DNA of 32,600 nucleotides. Origin: Thermogladius sp. Lineage in GTDB: Archaea; Thermoproteota; Thermoprotei_A; Sulfolobales; Desulfurococcaceae. The stretch's first letter is position 1, and each line of letters begins with the position of its first letter. Location of the stretch: assembly GCA_009904025.1 (NCBI GenBank), contig WYEE01000068.1, forward strand, positions 1 to 32,600. The letters run 5' to 3'. Shown here piece after piece: positions 27,162 to 32,600 of the stretch. The notes below the pieces were generated by a model. The model made no database searches and was not told where the DNA came from. It saw only the letters and a program-made list of their open reading frames with translations. The position numbers and the translations under genes were made by a program.

Positions 27162-27605
27162 ATGCTCGATGAGATTGATAGGAGGCTTTTGGAAATCTTA
27201 CGAGAGGACTCAAGGCGTAGGCTGAAGGATATAGCTGGCGAACTCTCTAAACCCGTCTCAACCATACATGAGAGGGTTAGAAAGCTTGTTAGAACGCGTG
27301 TTATAAAGAAATTCACTGTGGAAGTTGACTACAGCAAACTAGGCTACAATGTTAAAGCCCTAATCCTGCTGAACGTTGACGGCAAGCATATCCTGGACGT
27401 TGAGGGGGATATATCGAGGCATCCCAACGTTGAGGCCGTCTACGATATAACAGGGGAGTTCGACGTGGCTGTCATAGCGTCTTTCAAGAGCATAAGCGAG
27501 TTAGACGAGTTTGTTAAATGGCTTCTCAAACACCCTTACATAAAGCAGAGTAGGACTAGTATAATCTTCAGAGTGGCGAAAGAGGAGAAGAGGCTCCCGC
27601 TTTGA
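27162..27605 (+). CDS. Lrp/AsnC family transcriptional regulator
   Basis: LDEIDRRLLEILREDSR HTH and YDITGEFD RAM domain. Start is likely ATG 27162 (or 27132). Confidence 0.93.
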   Translation: MLDEIDRRLLEILREDSRRRLKDIAGELSKPVSTIHERVRKLVRTRVIKKFTVEVDYSKLGYNVKALILLNVDGKHILDVEGDISRHPNVEAVYDITGEFDVAVIASFKSISELDEFVKWLLKHPYIKQSRTSIIFRVAKEEKRLPL

Positions 27606-28903
27606 GGGGGAGTTTAATAGCGAGATGCACCAGGTGCGGGCGGGCATACTCCGAGGGCAGGGATATTATCTGCCCCTACTGCGGAGGGTTGATCAAACCA
27701 GTTTACCAGCCTCGTTGGAGTATAAGTGGTGAGGAAGGTGTGTGGCGGTACTCCAGTCTACTACCCGAGGTTAGAATAAAGGTCACGCTAGGCGAGGGCT
27801 CAACCCCTCTAATAAAGGCAGGTAGCTCTGTGAGGGGTGATGTAAATGTATGGTTTAAAGATGAGACGAGGAACCCTACTGGGAGTTTCAGGGATAGGGC
27901 GGCAGCAATAATGGTGAGCGATGCTGTATCCGGTAAATTCAAGAGGATTATTTTAGCCAGCGACGGTAACACGGGGGCTAGTGTAGCCGCCTACGCGGCG
28001 AGAGCTGGGATACCTGTAACAATCTACCTTCCCAAGTGGGTTGAAGACGAGAAAATTATTTTAATGAAGTCTTTCGGCGCTAGAGTCCTCGTGGAGGATA
28101 AAACCCTCGACGAGCTCCTAGACTACGTCCACGACAGGGCTAGGAGGGAGGGTTTCTACAATGCTTCAAGCACATTCAACTACCTAGCCCTCCAAGGTTT
28201 GAAGACTATAGCATTCGAGATATATGAGAGGCTTGGATCTAATGTTAACGCAGTCTACCTGCCTCTAGGCAGCGGTCTAACCCTCCTCTCCCTCTACGAG
28301 GGTTTCAGAGAGCTAGTTGAACTCGGGTTAACGAGCCGGGTTCCAAAGCTCATTGGGGTTGAAGCATGTGGTAGACCCCTCTACTCGTCGAGCCTACACG
28401 ATGTTCCGCCGTGTGGGGAGGAGCCCTTGCCCGGTCTAAGATACTTGAAGCCGGTGATATACGAGCACGTTCTAGGGGTCTTAGAGAAGTTTGGGGAGAC
28501 CGTGGTGGTGTCGAGGAGACAAGTGTTGGAGGCCGCTGAAAAGCTTAGCCGTAGCGAAGGGTTGTTCGCAGAGGCATCATCGGCCGTAAGCTTCGCGGGC
28601 TTCCTGGAGAGCCCGGAGGATAAGAGTGTTGTCTTGATCACCAGCCACGGGCTGAAATCCCCTGAGGCGTACTCTAAGGCGAGGAGGTTGAGATTCACCG
28701 AGGTGTTTCCGGGTGTGACAAAAAGGCTTATACTGGACTTGCTTTCAAGGCACCCGGGTTTAACAGGCTACGAGGTTTGGAGGATGCTAGGCGTCAATAT
28801 TTCCCCGCAAGCAGTCTACCAGCACTTAAAGGAGCTCGAGGCAAGAGGCTTGTTGAGATCTGCTGATGAGGAGGGGAGGAGGAAATACTACTTGGTAAAA
28901 TGA
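27602..28903 (+). CDS. Threonine-synthase-like (PLP fold II) protein lacking the Schiff-base Lys, with N-terminal Zn ribbon and C-terminal wHTH
   Basis: CTRC/CPYC, LGEGSTPL, NPTGSFRDR (K replaced by R), and C-terminal ILDLL...TGYEVW...QAVYQHLKELEARGLL...RRKYY. Confidence 0.85.
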   Translation: MRGSLIARCTRCGRAYSEGRDIICPYCGGLIKPVYQPRWSISGEEGVWRYSSLLPEVRIKVTLGEGSTPLIKAGSSVRGDVNVWFKDETRNPTGSFRDRAAAIMVSDAVSGKFKRIILASDGNTGASVAAYAARAGIPVTIYLPKWVEDEKIILMKSFGARVLVEDKTLDELLDYVHDRARREGFYNASSTFNYLALQGLKTIAFEIYERLGSNVNAVYLPLGSGLTLLSLYEGFRELVELGLTSRVPKLIGVEACGRPLYSSSLHDVPPCGEEPLPGLRYLKPVIYEHVLGVLEKFGETVVVSRRQVLEAAEKLSRSEGLFAEASSAVSFAGFLESPEDKSVVLITSHGLKSPEAYSKARRLRFTEVFPGVTKRLILDLLSRHPGLTGYEVWRMLGVNISPQAVYQHLKELEARGLLRSADEEGRRKYYLVK

Positions 28904-28970
28904 CTTAAACCCTTTCTTAAAGTTTAAACTTTAATAGTGTTAGAAAGCATTATAGCCCAACGGTGGTCTA

Positions 28971-29696
28971 ATGAGGAGGTTGCTTGAAGCAGTAGTCTTC
29001 ACAGTCCTCGTCTACGTGGCTACAGTTGTGCTCCAAATATACCAGCCTGTCACAGGAGGCTACTTCAACCTAGGTGAATCCATGATATACCTGGCAGCCA
29101 TGGTCAGTAGCCCTATTGTAGCAGCCCTGGCGGGGGGCGTGGGCTCTTCCCTAGCCGATTTGTCCACGGGCTACGCTATCTTCGCACCCGCAACCTTTAT
29201 CATAAAATTCACAGAGGGGTATCTGGCCGGTCTATTGATCGGATGGTTTAGGAGGACCAGGCGGAAGGCCTTCGCGGCTGCGAGTGTTGGGGCTGTCTAC
29301 GCTCTAGGCTTGTATTATGGGATATCGTACTGGGCGGGGGTCGTTGAGTTCGGCCCCAGCTCCTGGCTCGGGATAAGCTTTTCATCCAGCACGCTCGAGT
29401 TCCCCTGGTATGGCTGGCTACTTGCTACAGTTATCCTGGGCGCAATAGTGGTCTACGGGGTCTCGAAGTATGTTGTCAAGTCGCTTGAGCCTATAGCATT
29501 GCTTGTAGCAGGGTCTTTGATGGTTGCAGGCTACTTCCTCTACGAGTACTTCGTCAGTAACCCACTCACAGGTAGGCCTCCTATAAACGCTTTGTATGAG
29601 GTTCCAGTGAACATAGGTCAAGCCGTGGCAGGCGTTATAATCTCGCTTCCAATAGCAGTCTGGCTTTATAGAGCGGGCTTCATAAAGGAGAGCTAG
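28971..29696 (+). CDS. ECF transporter substrate-specific (S) component
   Basis: P.TGGYFNLGE, GGVGSSLADL..GY, APATFIIKFTEG and NIGQA. Confidence 0.85.
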   Translation: MRRLLEAVVFTVLVYVATVVLQIYQPVTGGYFNLGESMIYLAAMVSSPIVAALAGGVGSSLADLSTGYAIFAPATFIIKFTEGYLAGLLIGWFRRTRRKAFAAASVGAVYALGLYYGISYWAGVVEFGPSSWLGISFSSSTLEFPWYGWLLATVILGAIVVYGVSKYVVKSLEPIALLVAGSLMVAGYFLYEYFVSNPLTGRPPINALYEVPVNIGQAVAGVIISLPIAVWLYRAGFIKES

Positions 29697-29706
29697 GATT
29701 TTTTAA

Positions 29707-31002
29707 GTGGTTAAATTGCTCCTGGAAGCCAGTATAGATGAGGCTGGATACCCGGGCGGGTTCAAGGTTAGAAATATCCATCTCGAACTAAGTGAGGGGG
29801 AGGTTGTCGTAATAACAGGTAGGTCTGGCTCCGGTAAGACAACACTTGTTAGAGCTATAACAAACACTATAAAAATCCAAGGGGGTTTCCTCCATGGGGA
29901 AGTATACATTAAGGGTAGAAGTATAAGGGAATACAATCCGTGGGAACTGGCTAAGAGACTCGCGTACATACCACAGGAGCCCTGGTACGGTATCATTGGG
30001 TACACTGTGGGCTCAGAGTTCTGCTACACACAGTTGGTTACCAGCGGGGTGTGCGATATGAGGGTTCTCGGCGAGGCCGGGTTCAATGGTAGAGAGGATT
30101 TCATAACCTACGGTTTGAGCGCTGGTCAAACCCAGCTTCTACTATGGGCTGAAGCCCTCGCGACAGGAGCCGAGGTCGTAGTGATGGACGAGCCGTTTGT
30201 CTACCTGGACGAGGAGAATAGGAGTAAGCTACTGGGCTTCGTGGGGAGGATGATTAGAGAAGGTAGGGGCCTAATAATAGTAGACCACAACCCATCCCAC
30301 TGGATGAGTCTCAACCCCCGTCTATTAGTGTTGGAGAAAGGTTCAGTAGTGTACGATGGAGACGCATCGGATTGGCGGGTGGAGGTACCTGAAACCACGG
30401 TTAAATCTGGGAGGAAGGGGAGGGTTGCCGTGGAAGCCCGGGATATATGGTTCAAGTACCCGGGCTACAGCTGGGTTTTGAAAGGCGTGTCCTTCATGGT
30501 CGAAGAGGGGGGTTTAACCGCCGTTGTAGGCGGCAACGGTTCTGGTAAAACAACGCTTTTGAAGATCGTAGGCGGGTTGCTGAAGCCTACTAGGGGACGC
30601 GTATTCACTGGAGGCAGAGCCATCTACATACCGGAGAACCCCCTCGCATACTACTCTATGCCCACCCCGAGGGAGGAATTGATGTACATGGCGAGAGGAG
30701 ACGAGAGCAAGTTTCTCGAGGTGGTTGAACTGTTTGATTTGAGGGGGATCCTAGACTCCAAGCTGTCGAACCTTAGCTCGGGGGAGAGGAGGAGGCTCGC
30801 TATCGCATCAGCCTACCTGGGAGGCTTCGACATATACCTTCTCGACGAGCCGACGGGGGGCTTAGACGCCTATAATGTTGCCAGGGTTCTCGAGGCTGTC
30901 CAGCGGCTCCTGGATGATGGGAAGACTGTTATAGCCGCCAGCCACGACTCCAGGCTAACAGGGGCTACTGATAAAATCTTCTTGGGAGGAGGCGGGTTTT
31001 GA
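29707..31002 (+). CDS. ECF transporter ATPase, fused double ABC domain
   Basis: Two Walker A motifs (GRSGSGKT, GGNGSGKT), signatures LSAGQ and LSSGE, Walker B MDEP and LDEP. Confidence 0.9.
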   Translation: MVKLLLEASIDEAGYPGGFKVRNIHLELSEGEVVVITGRSGSGKTTLVRAITNTIKIQGGFLHGEVYIKGRSIREYNPWELAKRLAYIPQEPWYGIIGYTVGSEFCYTQLVTSGVCDMRVLGEAGFNGREDFITYGLSAGQTQLLLWAEALATGAEVVVMDEPFVYLDEENRSKLLGFVGRMIREGRGLIIVDHNPSHWMSLNPRLLVLEKGSVVYDGDASDWRVEVPETTVKSGRKGRVAVEARDIWFKYPGYSWVLKGVSFMVEEGGLTAVVGGNGSGKTTLLKIVGGLLKPTRGRVFTGGRAIYIPENPLAYYSMPTPREELMYMARGDESKFLEVVELFDLRGILDSKLSNLSSGERRRLAIASAYLGGFDIYLLDEPTGGLDAYNVARVLEAVQRLLDDGKTVIAASHDSRLTGATDKIFLGGGGF

Positions 31003-31703
31003 CGAGCGTTATCGGCGTGCTGGTAGGCTTCATCTACAGGGTCTTCTTCCTGAAAGGCGAGGAGGGGTTTAGACTAGCCTCGACATGGGTTAAACTATTA
31101 TTTCTTGCTTCAAGCCTTTATCTACTGACGAAACAGGGGTTTCAACCGGCTCTCGCGAATATCGCTACCGTGCTAGCTTTATCCTTGATGTGGCCTGGCT
31201 TCGAGTGGTTTACAAGCGGTTCCCTAATCTCCCTTATCCCAGCCCTCTGGTTTTCAGCTACAGCCTACATAAGCTGGTTGCTAGGCCTACCGGGCGTAAG
31301 CCTCACCGGGGCCCTCAACATACTTGTAAGGACTATCTCGATATCCCTTACAATACTTTTCTTCGCCTCCACTATTAGTCCAGTAAGGCTTTCAAACATC
31401 CTGCTTAGAATAGGGGCTCCTTCATACTATCCCCTACTGGTCTGGAGGACCATGCCGTACGGTATGAGAGTATTACTAGACTCAGTTCAGATCGGGGTGA
31501 TGAAGGGTGAGAAACCTCACAAGAGGCTGGCCCCCGCTGTAGCCATAATGTTAGAGTACGGTAGCTATGTCGAGGAGTACAACTGGTTTAAATTCGAGGG
31601 TAAGCCTGCGGCACCACTGCCCTCCAGGGGGTCGATGAAACACACCATCATGCTAGCCGTTGCCTCAGCCCTGGAGATAGCTCTAGGAGCACTATTTCCT
31701 TGA
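30999..31703 (+). CDS. Probable ECF transmembrane (T) component, divergent
   Basis: TM-rich, TISPVRLSNILLRIG coupling-helix-like pattern, 4-nt overlap with the ATPase gene. Confidence 0.65.
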   Translation: MTSVIGVLVGFIYRVFFLKGEEGFRLASTWVKLLFLASSLYLLTKQGFQPALANIATVLALSLMWPGFEWFTSGSLISLIPALWFSATAYISWLLGLPGVSLTGALNILVRTISISLTILFFASTISPVRLSNILLRIGAPSYYPLLVWRTMPYGMRVLLDSVQIGVMKGEKPHKRLAPAVAIMLEYGSYVEEYNWFKFEGKPAAPLPSRGSMKHTIMLAVASALEIALGALFP

Positions 31704-31736
31704 AGGGAAATAAGGGGCTTAAAGTAAGATCTGAAT

Positions 31737-32015
31737 TTGGTTGAGATAATGCTCACCGTGAGGATAGATGGCTTTACATACTACGTATGCGATCACTGCT
31801 ACTCTATCTACAGTGACTTTGAGTCAGCTAGGTTATGCGAAGAATGCTGTAGCCATAACCGGCCTAAGCCAAGCTCCCTTATTGAGAGGAGGATAGGTTT
31901 CTACAATCCTTCAGGCGAGCAGAAGGTAGTGTTCACGGTCAGTAGACGCCCCCTCTTGAAAGCTTTCAAGATGTGTGAAGCCGTTTTAAGAATTGAGAGT
32001 TTAACGTCGGCTTGA
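31737..32015 (+). CDS. Small zinc-finger-like hypothetical protein
   Basis: YVCDHCYSIY...ARLCEECC (CxxC-x10-CxxC). Start may be ATG 31749. Confidence 0.55.
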   Translation: MVEIMLTVRIDGFTYYVCDHCYSIYSDFESARLCEECCSHNRPKPSSLIERRIGFYNPSGEQKVVFTVSRRPLLKAFKMCEAVLRIESLTSA

Positions 32016-32057
32016 AGAATTCTTCACCGATCAGTTTTCGGGTCCTTCTTCATCCAA
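32003..32057 (-). ncRNA. Candidate box C/D sRNA
   Basis: Minus strand: ATGAAGA (C, 32047-32053), 12 nt, CTGA (D', 32031-32034), 3 nt, GTGAAGA (C', 32021-32027), 10 nt, CCGA (D, 32007-32010). Confidence 0.65.
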
Positions 32058-32087
32058 TTATTGAATATAGAGTGGGCTGTTTTAATG

Positions 32088-32600
32088 CTATGGTTCGAAG
32101 TATGAGTGCGGGAATCTCAGGAGATTCCACTCCGGCTTAGAGTACTTGACCTCGTAGAGCCTTCTCGCAAGCTCAACCTCATCCTTACCGGGGACATCCA
32201 GGTACGCGTTGGAGTCGAGTAGCTCGCTATAAGATTCGACAACAGCTTTCACCACTTTAGAGTAGTCTACTCCGACACCTAGGTTAGAGAGGTTGATAAC
32301 CCTGTATTTCACCTCGCTAACCCTCTTGTCGGCAAGCTTAGCCTTCGACACCTTGAGTACTTTGGAAAGAACCTCGAGGTTCGTGTCTAATAATAGTGTC
32401 CCATGCAACAGGTAAGCCCCCTCCCTGAAACTACCTGCCGCACCTGAAACCTTGAACGCTCTATCCCCAACCGACACGACTACATCGTTTACGTTCTCCC
32501 TGAACGCGTTGAAGCCCAGCCTCCTCAGGGCGTTCACAAACCCCTCTAATAGGTGGTCGTATAGGTAGGATACACCCCCTTTCTCAGGCCCCCTGGTAGC
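32088..32600 (-). CDS. lplA: Lipoate-protein ligase A family (5' end outside the window)
   Basis: The frame stays open to 32600. NDV...KVSGAA, LLHGTLL and KYSKPEWN motifs. Confidence 0.88.
   Translation of the reverse strand, partial: ATRGPEKGGVSYLYDHLLEGFVNALRRLGFNAFRENVNDVVVSVGDRAFKVSGAAGSFREGAYLLHGTLLLDTNLEVLSKVLKVSKAKLADKRVSEVKYRVINLSNLGVGVDYSKVVKAVVESYSELLDSNAYLDVPGKDEVELARRLYEVKYSKPEWNLLRFPHSYFEP

Noticed and set aside
426-31756. Numerous 60-150 aa ORFs in the track that overlap larger genes (e.g. 426..629, 7170..7553, 18208..18531, 20052..20498, 29703..30005)
   Set aside because: They are antisense or alternate-frame shadows of well-supported CDS and show no recognisable motifs.
1-32600. 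CRISPR arrays, transposases, integrases, rRNA or tRNA genes, inteins
   Set aside because: No spaced direct repeats or diagnostic motifs seen, and protein lengths (e.g. Hel308) are normal.

Overview
Gene-dense core-genome window from a hyperthermophilic crenarchaeon. The Desulfurococcales-like assignment is inferred from the CdvB-type ESCRT-III, short XPF, DUF2258 protein, GGTG-type SD sites and frequent TTG/GTG starts. It contains about 30 CDS and no recognisable mobile element, CRISPR array, tRNA or rRNA. Left end: carbamoyl-phosphate cluster (carbamate kinase, a knotted YgeW/AOTCase-like carbamoyltransferase, DUF711, canonical OTCase). Middle: aglB, CdvB-like, Mrp, mvk, nitrilase, ThermoDBP-like, MoeA-PBP, Hel308, class II HMG-CoA reductase, MFS, hypA plus Mrp-type partner, upp, aglH, xpf. 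Right end: glnA-like gene divergent from Lrp and a threonine-synthase-like protein that lacks the PLP lysine and carries a wHTH, then an ECF transporter and lplA. Signals outside the ORF track: two box C/D sRNA candidates (one an apparent 16S U52 guide), a 41-bp near-palindrome filling an entire intergenic region and covering an SD, a probable ATT start, and a GC-rich structured intergenic element. All family calls come from motif recognition by eye; no searches were run.
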